A stretch of DNA of 64,000 bases from positions 9,831 to 73,830 of the forward strand of contig DDBW01000014.1 in NCBI GenBank assembly GCA_002335495.1, written 5' to 3'. Origin of the DNA: Candidatus Dojkabacteria bacterium UBA2022. Lineage in GTDB: Bacteria; Patescibacteriota; Dojkabacteria; SC72. This document shows positions 36,256-47,200 of the stretch, in pieces (the first letter of the stretch is position 1; every line of letters begins with the position of its first letter). The position numbers and the translations under genes were made by a program. The notes beneath the pieces are model-generated. The model searched no databases, had not been told where the DNA came from, and worked only from the letters and a program-made list of their open reading frames with translations.

Positions 36256-37449
36256 ATGTCAGAACCTTTAGCCTCAAAATATAGACCTAAAACTCTCTCT
36301 GAATTTGTTGGACAAAGTCATTTAGTAGGAGATGGGGCTCCACTTCGAAAGTTCATCGATCAAAAGACCCTGCCATCAATGATCTTCTGGGGACCACCTG
36401 GCACAGGCAAAACCACACTCGCATACATAATCTCTCAAGATCTTTTCTACGATTTCCATAAACTCAACGCCATTTCAAGCGGAAAAGCAACTTTAATGAA
36501 GATAATTAAGATTGCAATGAATAACCGAATGTATGGCAAGGGCACAATCGTCTTTATAGATGAGATACACAGATGGAATAAAGCGCAGCAGGACACCCTT
36601 CTCCCATATATGGAAAAAGGTATAATCACGCTAATCGGAGCAACTACTGAAAACCCATCATTTAGAATCAACAGTGCTCTACTCTCAAGGGCAAAAGTTT
36701 TTGTTTTTAAACAACATGAGAACAAGGATATTGAGAAGTTTCTGAAAAGCATACAGGAACAAGAGTATCCGAATATAAAGTACGAAAAGGGGATATTTGA
36801 GAAGATAGCCCAACTTTCCAATGGAGACTTAAGATCAGGCTTGAACATCCTTGAGATAGCCTCAAACCTCGCCGTCAAATCGAAGCTAACGGTCAAAACA
36901 CTACTAACTGCTGTTCAGCAGCAGGTATACTACGACAGAGCAGGGGAGGAGCACTATAATCTAATATCAGCCCTTCATAAATCAATGAGATCTTCTAATC
37001 CTGATGCTGCCTGCTACTGGCTGGGAAGAATGCTTGAAGCAGGAGAAGACCCTCTGTATATAGCTAGAAGGATGGTTAGATTTGCATCTGAAGACATCGG
37101 GGTTGCTGATAATAATGCAGTTATTCTTGCAAATACCATTTACGAGGTATGCAGCAAACTAGGGATGCCTGAGTGCGGAGTGAATTTATATCACTTAGCA
37201 ATCTATCTATCTCAAGCCCCAAAGAACAACAATGCCTACACTGTTGAGGCGCAGGTCAAAGAGGATATAAAAATACATGGCAATCTTCCAGTTCCACTTC
37301 ATCTGCGTAACGCCTCAACAGACCTTATGAAAGAGGTTGGATATGGTAAGGGGTATGAGTATGATCACAATCTCACTTCAAAGAAATCCAATCAACAGTG
37401 CATGCCTGACAAATTGAAAAATAAAAAGTACATAAAGAATGTGGTATAA
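36256..37449 (+). CDS. rarA: replication-associated recombination protein A (AAA+ ATPase RarA/MgsA)
   Basis: Walker A GPPGTGKTTLA, Walker B IVFIDEIHR, and a MgsA-like C-terminal domain. Confidence 0.85.
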   Translation: MSEPLASKYRPKTLSEFVGQSHLVGDGAPLRKFIDQKTLPSMIFWGPPGTGKTTLAYIISQDLFYDFHKLNAISSGKATLMKIIKIAMNNRMYGKGTIVFIDEIHRWNKAQQDTLLPYMEKGIITLIGATTENPSFRINSALLSRAKVFVFKQHENKDIEKFLKSIQEQEYPNIKYEKGIFEKIAQLSNGDLRSGLNILEIASNLAVKSKLTVKTLLTAVQQQVYYDRAGEEHYNLISALHKSMRSSNPDAACYWLGRMLEAGEDPLYIARRMVRFASEDIGVADNNAVILANTIYEVCSKLGMPECGVNLYHLAIYLSQAPKNNNAYTVEAQVKEDIKIHGNLPVPLHLRNASTDLMKEVGYGKGYEYDHNLTSKKSNQQCMPDKLKNKKYIKNVV

Positions 37450-37454
37450 TTTCC

Positions 37455-37685
37455 ACAGCTCATTGTAAAACAGAAAGCGAAGAAGGAGACACAGTAGAAA
37501 GTGTATGGTTACATTATTGAGAGTGACTGGCTGGAGCAAAGTCACAGTACATATATTTTCGAATTACACTCTGGAGCTTACATATTAACAAGCCTGAAGC
37601 GATTCAGGGAAGTAAAGTGGTACCGCGTTATTACACGCCTTTACACATCTCTATTTTTTAGAAATGTGTAAGGGCGTTTTTTATT
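37455..37685 (+). promoter_or_regulatory. T-box riboswitch leader of tyrS (antiterminator/terminator)
   Basis: Conserved T-box sequence AAAGTGGTACCGCG at 37614-37627. A terminator hairpin (CGCC..ACACAT / ATGTGT..GGCG) is followed by TTTTTT at about 37634-37682. A UAC (Tyr) triplet in a candidate specifier loop lies near 37545. Confidence 0.5.
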
Positions 37686-37705
37686 TAACCTAAGAAATAA
37701 ATACT

Positions 37706-38896
37706 ATGGTAAGTAACGATAAAAAAATAATTGATAGAATTCTAAACAAAGCGGTAGAGGAAATACTACCATCAAAAGATGCACTCCAAGCTCTACTGAA
37801 TTCAGGTAAGCGATTACGAATCTACCAAGGATTTGACCCAACAGCCCCAACTCTTCACATCGGACACAGCGTAATGATGCGAAAGTTGGAAGATTTTAGA
37901 AAACTAGGACATCAGGTAATCTTTTTAATAGGTGACTTTACAGCAAGAATTGGAGACCCAACAGATAAAGGAGCAGCAAGAAAGAAACTAACTAAAGAAG
38001 AGATCTCTGAAAACCTCAAGCTGTATACAGAGCAGGCAAAAGCTTTGATTGACGTAGATAATAAAGAGAACCCCGTACAGGTAATGTTTAACAGCTCATG
38101 GCTAGAGCCCCTAAACTTTGGAGACATTATAGAACTTGCTTCATCCTTTACAGTTCAGCAGATGATCAAGAGAAGTATGTTCCAAAAGAGACTAGAAGAA
38201 GATAAGCCAATATACCTACACGAATTCCTATACCCCCTTATGCAAGGATATGACTCTCTCGCAATGGATGTAGATGTTGAGTTAGGAGGAAATGATCAGC
38301 TGTTTAATATGCTTGCGGGTAGAGATCTGATGATGGCATTAAAGAATAAAGAGAAATTTGTCATAGCAGGCAAACTCCTAACAACAGCCGATGGAAAGAA
38401 AATGGGTAAATCGGAAGGGAACATGATAACCCTAGCTGACAGTGCCCAAAACATCTATGGTAAAGTAATGGCATTTCCTGATGAGCACATAGTCCCAGGC
38501 TTTGAGCTGTTAACTTCAATGGAGATAGACGATGTAGAAGAGGTAAAGCAAAAGCTGAAACAAGGAGTGAATCCAATTGAGCTTAAGAAGGCTCTTGCAT
38601 TACAGTTAACTTCGGAGCTCAAGGGTAAAGACGAAGCAGAGAAAGCTCAGCAGTATTTTGAAGAGGTATTCCAAAAGAAGGGAGCAAGCGAAGAGGCTCC
38701 AAAACACGAAGGCTTAAATCAAAATATAGTAGAAATACTGTTAAGCACTAAAATAGCATCAAGTAAAAGTGAAGCCAGAAGACTTCTATTACAAAACGCA
38801 GTTAAACTAGAAGGAGAGGTAATTACAGATCCAAATAACATTGTTACAACCCCAGGAATATTAAAAGTAGGCAAAAAGGTATTTCATATTGTATAA
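37706..38896 (+). CDS. tyrS: tyrosine--tRNA ligase
   Basis: HIGH motif PTLHIGHSV, KMSKS motif KMGKSEGN and a C-terminal S4-like domain. Confidence 0.9.
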   Translation: MVSNDKKIIDRILNKAVEEILPSKDALQALLNSGKRLRIYQGFDPTAPTLHIGHSVMMRKLEDFRKLGHQVIFLIGDFTARIGDPTDKGAARKKLTKEEISENLKLYTEQAKALIDVDNKENPVQVMFNSSWLEPLNFGDIIELASSFTVQQMIKRSMFQKRLEEDKPIYLHEFLYPLMQGYDSLAMDVDVELGGNDQLFNMLAGRDLMMALKNKEKFVIAGKLLTTADGKKMGKSEGNMITLADSAQNIYGKVMAFPDEHIVPGFELLTSMEIDDVEEVKQKLKQGVNPIELKKALALQLTSELKGKDEAEKAQQYFEEVFQKKGASEEAPKHEGLNQNIVEILLSTKIASSKSEARRLLLQNAVKLEGEVITDPNNIVTTPGILKVGKKVFHIV

Positions 38897-38995
38897 TGAC
38901 CAAGGTATGAAAAATATAAGTATGCACATTGTAACTTTTAAGAGACTCCCAATTAACCGGGGGTGATGTTTGCATACATTAGTTAAGTAAACATA

Positions 38996-39018
38996 CCCCC
39001 TAGCAATAGGGGGTTTTT
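38996..39018 (+). terminator. rho-independent terminator downstream of tyrS
   Basis: Hairpin CCCCCTA-GCAA-TAGGGGG followed by TTTTT. Confidence 0.6.
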
Positions 39019-39025
39019 GATTATT

Positions 39026-40528
39026 ATGGAAAGAATAACTGATATCGAAAAGTTAAGAGAAAGTATTCTAGCAAATACTCCTGATGCGTTTGCGAATCAA
39101 GTATCTGAGGCTATTAACTTTGCTCAGCTGTATCACCAGGGAGAAACAAGATACTCCGGTGAAAATTTTGCTGTACACGCTCTAAACACGGGACTAATTG
39201 CAAGTGAAATAAGACTGGATACGGCATCTGTAATCGCAGCCATACTCCATCAGGTTGCATCACGAAGACATAAATCTGAAATTCAAATCTCGACAATAAA
39301 AGGAGAAATTCAGAGTATGTTCGGAGACGACGTTCTTGATCTAATTAACCAGGTTGAACATATAAATGATGCAACCAAAATAAACAAAGAGAGTAACCCA
39401 AAAGTACTAAGAAAATACCTATTAAGTAGTTCAGACGATATAAGACCCTTACTAATAAAAATATGTGATATCCAGGAAGAGATCCTAACCGTTGAATCGA
39501 TACCATTAGAAAAAGTTAAACCTTTTTGTAAAAAGGTGTTAGAAATCTACTCACCATTGTGTGAATATTTAAACCTAAACGAGATAAAAAAAGATCTTGA
39601 TGAAAGAGCTTTTAAAATTCTCAACCCTGACGGCTATGATCTAGTTACAAAACTACTAGAAGAAAACAGCATAAACGATGCTTTAAAAAAATCCTACCTT
39701 AAATACCTTAAACTTTTAGCCAATGTATTAGGATATAAAGTAGAAATAAAAGGAAGAATAAAAAGTAAGTACAGCACCTATCAAAAACTTTCAAAATACC
39801 TAAAAGAAGGAAAGGGGAGTAAACTAGCAGAGATTAGAGATATTCTTGCGTTTTCAGTTATTACAAACAATATAAACGAGTGCTACTCTTTCTGTGAAGC
39901 CCTCAAGACTTTTACAGTAGAAATTCCGGAACTATTTGACGACTATATCACGCATCCGAAACCAAATGGGTATAAAGCGATGCAGATGACCGCCCAGATA
40001 TCTGAAATTTCTAAAATGTTCGTTGAAATTCAGATCCTAACTGATGAAATGTACTACTTCAACACATACGGTCCTGCATCACACATAGCATACAAAGCTA
40101 GCAAAGCCCGTTTTGCTAAAAGCAGCAAAGATCTAGATTGGATTGAAAAAATTCACAAATCAATATCTGAGCATGTAAATCTTCGAGAGAAAAGGTTCTC
40201 AATCCCAATAACAGGTGAGATATTCAAAAATCAAATCTTTGTTTTCACTCCAAAAGGATTACTCATAGAACTAGAGAAGGGCGATACCGTAATAGACTTT
40301 GCATATAGGGTCCACACTGAGCTAGGCCACAAAACAGTATCAGCAAGAGTAAATGGAAAACCCGCCCCACTAAATCATAATCCTGATACAGGGGATGTAA
40401 TTGAGTTGATTATAGATAAGAAAAAAGTAACCCCAAACCCTGACTGGTTAAAATTTGCAAATTCTACATCGACAAAGCATAAAATTTCCGCTCAATTAAA
40501 AAGATCTTTAGAAGTTGCACGTAAGTAA
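39026..40528 (+). CDS. rel: bifunctional (p)ppGpp synthetase/hydrolase RelA/SpoT family
   Basis: HD hydrolase region, RelA/SpoT synthetase region and a TGS-like segment. An ATG at 39026 is preferred over the TTG at 39017 listed in the ORF track. Confidence 0.75.
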   Translation: MERITDIEKLRESILANTPDAFANQVSEAINFAQLYHQGETRYSGENFAVHALNTGLIASEIRLDTASVIAAILHQVASRRHKSEIQISTIKGEIQSMFGDDVLDLINQVEHINDATKINKESNPKVLRKYLLSSSDDIRPLLIKICDIQEEILTVESIPLEKVKPFCKKVLEIYSPLCEYLNLNEIKKDLDERAFKILNPDGYDLVTKLLEENSINDALKKSYLKYLKLLANVLGYKVEIKGRIKSKYSTYQKLSKYLKEGKGSKLAEIRDILAFSVITNNINECYSFCEALKTFTVEIPELFDDYITHPKPNGYKAMQMTAQISEISKMFVEIQILTDEMYYFNTYGPASHIAYKASKARFAKSSKDLDWIEKIHKSISEHVNLREKRFSIPITGEIFKNQIFVFTPKGLLIELEKGDTVIDFAYRVHTELGHKTVSARVNGKPAPLNHNPDTGDVIELIIDKKKVTPNPDWLKFANSTSTKHKISAQLKRSLEVARK

Positions 40529-40550
40529 AGGGTAGAGTAAAATCTTAGAT

Positions 40551-40661
40551 ATGAGTGAAAAAACACAAAAAGCCCTTCACAAAGCAATGAGTATATTTGT
40601 CGCTGTAATCCTGATTGGAAGTATTATACTCCCATTGATTATAACCCTAATGGGTCTATAA
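40551..40661 (+). CDS. possible 36-aa single-TM small protein
   Basis: Hand-translated ORF MSEKTQKALHKAMSIFVAVILIGSIILPLIITLMGL lying between rel and recG. The RBS is weak. Confidence 0.25.
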   Translation: MSEKTQKALHKAMSIFVAVILIGSIILPLIITLMGL

Positions 40662-40662
40662 G

Positions 40663-42678
40663 ATGCCACTGAGATTAGATGATCCAATAACCCAAGTGCC
40701 ACTAGTTGGCACCGCTAAAAGTATCCTCCTTGAAAACCTCGGAATTAATACTGTAAAAGATCTTCTATTTCACATCCCATCAAGATACAAGGACACCTCC
40801 AGTATAATAACAATTGACCAATTAAAAATCGAAAGAGAGGGCACAATTGTAGGAACCCTCGAGTCAATCAAAAATATTTACACCCGATCTAGAAAAGTTC
40901 TAACAAGAGCCACTATATCGGACGGTACTGGTAGAATAGAAGCCGTATGGTTTAATCAAAGGTATCTTGCTAAATCCCTAAACCCAAACGAACAGTACCT
41001 CTTCGAAGGCAAACTCAATCCCAAACAAACACGCCCACAACTAGTCAGCCCAACCTACGAAAAATACTATCAAGGAGTAGTAAATCAAAAGCACGTAGGA
41101 AGAATAACCCCCTTCTATCCAGAAACAGCAAACATATCTTCCAAATGGCTAAGGGCTAGATTAGATGATGTATTCAAGAACTTAGAAGATACTATCCTTG
41201 ACCCCATCCCGCAGGATATCCTCAAAGAAAAACAGCTGCCAACTATAAATGAAGCAATTAACCTCGTCCACAATCCACAAGAAGTTGAGGATGTTAACAT
41301 AGGCAGAGGCCGGCTTGAGTTTGACGAACTCCTGCGCGTAGCCTTACAAATAGAAAGCGAAGTCCACCAACAAACCGGAAAACAAGCAAATATAATCCCT
41401 GTGGATTTTGACACTGTTTATGAATTTATATCTCAGCTACCGTACAGTTTAACTGATGACCAAGTAATGGCAATAAGAGATATTATAAAGGATATAAACA
41501 GTACAAACCCAATGCGCAGACTCCTCAACGGAGATGTAGGAAGCGGTAAAACGGTAGTGGCGGCAGCAGTAATGTACGGAGTATTTAAAAGCGGACTAAC
41601 ATCATTATTAATGGCACCAACCTCAATTCTAGCCCGCCAGCATTTTAAAACCATAAGTAATATGCTTGAGCCTTTGGGAGTAAAGGTTCAACTACGAACA
41701 AGTTCTGAACAGATTGAAAACAGCAAAGATCCTCAGGTTATAATTGGAACCCATGCTCTATTATTTGAAAAAGAACTTCCAGATAATATCGCGCTCGTAG
41801 TAGTAGATGAGCAGCACAGATTCGGAGTGAATCAAAGGAAAGAGCTTTTAGAAAAGGACACCAACTCATTAATCCCACACTATCTTAGTATGACAGCAAC
41901 TCCAATTCCTCGAACCCTAACCAATATTCTATTTGGAGATATGTCTGTATCATTCATCAACCAACTTCCCCTCAATAGGCTACCGATCAAAACACACTAT
42001 GTTCCAAAAGCCAAACGAGACTCCTGCTACACCTGGGTAAAAGAGCGGATTATTGAGACCAACTACAAGGAACAAGCTTTCATTATATTTCCCCTCGTAG
42101 ACGAATCTGAAAAGTTAGAAGCAAAGTCTGCAAAGAAAGAGTTTGAAACCCTCACATCAACTGTGTTCAAAGAAATCAAGGCAGCACTACTACACGGACA
42201 GATGAAGGAGAAAGAGAAGGACGAAATTCTAAAAGATTTTAAAGAAGGTAAATACTCTATATTAATTGCCACCCCAGTAGTAGAAGTGGGAATAGATATT
42301 CCAAACGCAACAATGATGATAATTGAAAACGCTGAAAGGTTTGGATTAGCCCAATTACACCAATTTAGAGGAAGAGTTGGAAGAAACTCCCTGCAGTCAT
42401 ACTGCTACCTTTTGGCTGGTGACAGCGTTGATGAAGAGAATGGAGTGGAAAGACTTATGTACTTCAGCCAACATAATTCGGGATTTGATGTTGCCGAATA
42501 CGACCTTCAAACCAGAGGGCCAGGAGAAGTATTCGGAGTTAAACAATCCGGTATTCCAAAATTTAAGGTTGCCACTATAACAAACATAAAACTCCTGTTA
42601 CAATGCAGAGAAGTAGCAAAAGAGCTAATTAAACAAGGATACAATGTAGATAAAATACTCGACAACCTATTTAGATGA
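40663..42678 (+). CDS. recG: ATP-dependent DNA helicase RecG
   Basis: Wedge/OB N-terminal domain, helicase motifs GDVGSGKT and VVDEQHRFG, and a 671-aa length. Confidence 0.85.
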   Translation: MPLRLDDPITQVPLVGTAKSILLENLGINTVKDLLFHIPSRYKDTSSIITIDQLKIEREGTIVGTLESIKNIYTRSRKVLTRATISDGTGRIEAVWFNQRYLAKSLNPNEQYLFEGKLNPKQTRPQLVSPTYEKYYQGVVNQKHVGRITPFYPETANISSKWLRARLDDVFKNLEDTILDPIPQDILKEKQLPTINEAINLVHNPQEVEDVNIGRGRLEFDELLRVALQIESEVHQQTGKQANIIPVDFDTVYEFISQLPYSLTDDQVMAIRDIIKDINSTNPMRRLLNGDVGSGKTVVAAAVMYGVFKSGLTSLLMAPTSILARQHFKTISNMLEPLGVKVQLRTSSEQIENSKDPQVIIGTHALLFEKELPDNIALVVVDEQHRFGVNQRKELLEKDTNSLIPHYLSMTATPIPRTLTNILFGDMSVSFINQLPLNRLPIKTHYVPKAKRDSCYTWVKERIIETNYKEQAFIIFPLVDESEKLEAKSAKKEFETLTSTVFKEIKAALLHGQMKEKEKDEILKDFKEGKYSILIATPVVEVGIDIPNATMMIIENAERFGLAQLHQFRGRVGRNSLQSYCYLLAGDSVDEENGVERLMYFSQHNSGFDVAEYDLQTRGPGEVFGVKQSGIPKFKVATITNIKLLLQCREVAKELIKQGYNVDKILDNLFR

Positions 42679-43133
42679 AAATATATGTAATTCTAGACAA
42701 TATACGCTCAGCATATAATGTGGGAAGTATATTTAGGACTTCAGATGGAGCAGGGGATTGCGAGATATTAATATGCGGCATATCCCCAACTCCTGAACAT
42801 AACAAGGTAGCAAAAACCTCTTTAGGTTCTACTGATTCCGTCCCTTGGAAATACTTTAAAACAACGGAGGAAGCTATTGAACACGTTAAGAGCATGAATA
42901 TACCTATATACAGCATAGAAATCACTCCAGAGGCACAGGAATATACTCAAGTTAAATATCCCCAAGATATTGCAATTGTACTAGGGCACGAAACAGAAGG
43001 AGTAGGTAGAAGAATCCTAGAAATAAGTGATAAGCATATCTATGTACCAATGCGGGGAAAAAAGGAATCCTTGAATGTTGCAACCGTTGCAGGTATTGTT
43101 ATATATGAAATAATTAAATGTAAAAACGTATGA
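42675..43133 (+). CDS. SpoU/TrmH-family RNA 2'-O-methyltransferase (TrmL-like)
   Basis: SPOUT pattern: RSAYNVGSIFRT, IVLGHETEG, and ESLNVATVAGIVIYE. Confidence 0.7.
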   Translation: MKIYVILDNIRSAYNVGSIFRTSDGAGDCEILICGISPTPEHNKVAKTSLGSTDSVPWKYFKTTEEAIEHVKSMNIPIYSIEITPEAQEYTQVKYPQDIAIVLGHETEGVGRRILEISDKHIYVPMRGKKESLNVATVAGIVIYEIIKCKNV

Positions 43134-44185
43134 TAAAGATTGAATTAGTTGAGGATAAAAAGGCGTGGGATAACATAGCATCCTCTTCATCCCCGTCTAC
43201 AGTTCTTCAATCTTGGGATTGGGGGGACTTTCAAGTTAGCTTGGGAAGAAAAATATGGAGAATTGGAGTGTATGATGATGATGTATTAGTAGGAGTTGCC
43301 CTGGCTCAGCTAATCCCAACAAAACTGAGAACCCACATATATGTTTCCAATGGTCCTGTCATTAGAAGAGAGAAAGTCAAAGAGTATATGCCCAAACTAA
43401 TAGGATATCTGAAAGCATTAGCAATTCAAGAGAAAGTTCACTTTGTAAGAATAGACCCCCTCTATAAAGACGATGAATTAATAAATAAAGAGCTATCGGA
43501 TATGGGAATGAAGCGATCGCAAACCTTCACTCAATCTGAAAACAAATGGCTATTAGATGTAACAGAAGAGGAAGAATCTTTACTTAGAAATATGCGAAAA
43601 AGCACTCGATATGAGATTAAGAAAGCTGAAAGAGAAGGTGTAACAGTGTATTCGTCAGACAAAATTGAAGACTACAAGCAGTTCGAAAAACTATTTCTGA
43701 TTACAGCTAAAAGACAGAACTTCATTCCCCATCCAATCACATACTATGAGAAACAGTTCACAACTCTAACCAAAGGAGGGATATACAAGGCATATTGTGC
43801 AGTCAGAAACGGAGAAGTGCTAGCAACCGCACTCATTTCCTTTTACGGGGATACTGCCTCGTATCTACACGCATCAAGCCTAAGCAATCCTGAAGTGAAT
43901 AAATATATGGCACCACCTGCCTTAGTATGGCAAGCTATCAAAGATACGAAAGCGAAGGGGATGAAGTATTTTGACTTCTGGGGGATTGCCCTAACTGATG
44001 ATCCTAAACACCCTTGGGCTGGATTCACACGTTTTAAAAAAGGGTTTGGAGGTTTTCTTTTCAAAGTAGTACGCTCATACGACATTCCAACTTCACCAAG
44101 ATACCCTTTGATAGCTCTTATGGATGCAACGCGAGAGAGCTGGGGAATCTGGTACTACAAACTTCTCAAACTCTTAAAAAGATAG
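43130..44185 (+). CDS. FemAB family peptidoglycan interpeptide-bridge aminoacyltransferase
   Basis: FemABX/GNAT-like duplicated fold pattern (ISFYGDTASYLHASS, KYFDFWGI). The 351-aa length fits. Confidence 0.65.
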   Translation: MIKIELVEDKKAWDNIASSSSPSTVLQSWDWGDFQVSLGRKIWRIGVYDDDVLVGVALAQLIPTKLRTHIYVSNGPVIRREKVKEYMPKLIGYLKALAIQEKVHFVRIDPLYKDDELINKELSDMGMKRSQTFTQSENKWLLDVTEEEESLLRNMRKSTRYEIKKAEREGVTVYSSDKIEDYKQFEKLFLITAKRQNFIPHPITYYEKQFTTLTKGGIYKAYCAVRNGEVLATALISFYGDTASYLHASSLSNPEVNKYMAPPALVWQAIKDTKAKGMKYFDFWGIALTDDPKHPWAGFTRFKKGFGGFLFKVVRSYDIPTSPRYPLIALMDATRESWGIWYYKLLKLLKR

Positions 44186-44237
44186 CTTGTAGCAATATAT
44201 TTTTGACATCCACGGATGCGCCATATATTATGGTAAT

Positions 44238-47200
44238 ATGGCGTTTTCTGAAAGAGTACTAAAGCGAAAATTCAAGAAAAATATCCTCGTAATATCCTTC
44301 ATTCTGGTAGCAATACTGCCTGTAATTGCCTTCAACATTATCAAGATTATCAATAACCCAGTACCCAGATTTGTAGAAACTCCTGAAAGCTCCAAATATA
44401 TTCTTGAAGTATCCAACCAAAACTATAAAGCAAAGATAGGAGGGAAAGATGGCAATACAGCGTCGGTTCAATTCATAAACCCTGATAAGAAAGATATAAC
44501 CTTCTCCTACATTTCTCAAGACAAGAAAAAACCAACGGTAGAAAGTGACAGTAGAAAAGTAACTTTCAAAAATGTTGATAAAAATATTGATATTGAATAT
44601 ATACCTTTAGCTAACGGTTTAAAGGAAAACATCATCCTCACAGATAAGCCTAAGTCAAACTACTACTACTTTGCAACAGATATAAAGGAGGCCATTGTAA
44701 AGAAGCACTACAAAGGAGAAGGAGTTCCTGCTTTTTACACAGAGAAAGGTGAATACCTTTTCAATATAGAGCCTGGATATGCAATAGATGCAAGAGGGAA
44801 ACGAACGGACGATGTGAAAATAGATGTAATCAAATCCGAGGGGAAACACTACATAAGAGTTAATGTAGATGAAAAATGGTTAAAGTCAGAAAACAGAGCC
44901 TTCCCAATTAAAGTTGACCCAACAATCGTATACGATACAACATCTGAATTTGCCAACGGAGTATTTAACAGAGCAAGAGATACAGGATCCGGAGCCAATC
45001 CAGTAATAGAGACCTCATATCAAGAACTCAATACTGACACACATACAGCAGGATTATGGCATATGAATGAAAGTTCAGGAAACATTCAAGACGCATCCGG
45101 CAACGGTAATATTGGTACCCCAACCGGAACAACAGTAGTAACCGGAATCGTTTCAAACGCAAGAGACTTCAACGGAACCTCCGACTTCATAAACCTGGGT
45201 AATGCTTCGATACTAAATATCACTGGTGACATAAGCATTGAGGCATGGGTAAAGGTAGATTCGTATGCATCAGGATTAGCAGTACTAACATGGGCAAACG
45301 GTGCATATACACTATTCCCATACCATATAGTAATAAATACCACGGGTACTCTTCGATTTAACTCATCAACAACCGGATCTTTTGATAGCACAGGGATAGT
45401 ACCACTAGGGGTATGGACTCATATAGCAGTAACAACAGAAGGTAAACTTCTTAGCTTCTATATAAACGGACAATTAGACACTACTCACCAACTTCCATCA
45501 GCGACAAGAAGCGCCGGAGATGGCTATCTTTCCTTAAGCAGAGCCTCAACACAGTACTTTGATGGAAGTATTGATGAAGTAAGAATCTCTGACAGAGCAA
45601 GAACTAAAGAAGAAATCCTCCAATCATATAACAAATCGGCGTACTCCGTGTACACAAGTGAGGTAATTGATATCGGAAGCGCAGTAGTAACATGGAACAA
45701 CCTCACATGGACAGAGCAAGGGGTACTAACGGGAGGAGCAGAGACCCTTTCAAATACAGCAAATTTGGTTGCACAATGGAATCTCAATGAAACAAGTGGA
45801 ACAACAGCAGCTAACAATGCGGGTTCCTGCGGAGCAAGCTGTAACGGTACACTAGTTAACTTTACAAATACTTCGGGACAAGACACGACGCCAATCAGCG
45901 GCTGGAGTAATAAGGAAGCAAGATGGGGAAATGGAGGAATTATGCTTGACGGGGCAGATGATTACATCAACATACCCGACCCTACAAATGGTAGCTTAGA
46001 TTTTGGGACATCAAGCCTCACATTGTCGACATGGATAAAGGCTACGAGTGATAATACAATTGGAAGATGGATTTTATCTAAAACACTAACAACATCTACA
46101 ACGATGTATTTCATTGGTCATCATACCGATGGTACTATTAGATGGAGAGCTAACGATGGAACTAACGCCTTTGACTTATACTCAAATGTAAGAATTTTGG
46201 ATAGTAAGTGGCACAACATTGTGGCAGTCATTGATAAAAGCAATAATACCGCAAGACTTTATATCGATGGAATACTGACAGGATCAACAAGTATATCTGG
46301 AAGTATGAATCTAGCATCTACCTTTGACTTCACTGTAGGAGCGTTCAAAGATACAACAGGAGCAACTAGCAACCACTTCGGAGGAGTGATTGATTCAATA
46401 AGCATATACTCTAGAGCATTAGAGACTAATGAAATACTCTCAAACTACCAAAGCAGTAACTTAGAGATACAAACAAGAGTAGGAAGTGATACCACCCCAA
46501 ATGATGGGAGCTGGGAAACATGGAGACCGAACACAGTGGAGAATTCATTAACAGCCATGGACAATCAGTTTTTATACCCAACAAATGATTCAGGCCAAAC
46601 CCTATACTGGCCATTAGACGAAACTGCTAACAATACATGTACAGGAGGAGTAAACGATGTATGTGATAAAACAGGCTCTAACGATGCAGAAATACTCGGA
46701 ACAACAATTAGAAGCGGAGTATATGGAAGATCAAGAGGATTCCCTGGCAACACGATTGTTGACTTTATCTATGAACCCAGCTACACAGCAATACCAACAA
46801 CAAGTATCTCTGTAGAGTTTTGGATAAAAACACGAGGAAATCTAGATGGAATTTTTTCATACGCCTCAACAGCAGGTGATAACGATTTCCTTATATACGA
46901 CAGTTCTAATCTACAGATATTCCGAAATACCACACCATTAGTTTCGGGGGTTTCAGTTAACGATAATCAATGGCACCATGTGGTAGCCACTTGGAGAAGT
47001 TCCGACGGTCAGACCCAAATATATAAGGATGGAAAACTTGCCTATACAGGAACAACTCAGACAGGTACAAGCATAACAACAGGAGGAGTACTTATGATTG
47101 GACAAGAACAGGATTCGATAGGAGGAGGACTCTCTGCAGCTCAAGCCTTTAAAGGAACTATAGACGAGATCAAAGTATTCAACACTGTACTCTCGGCATC

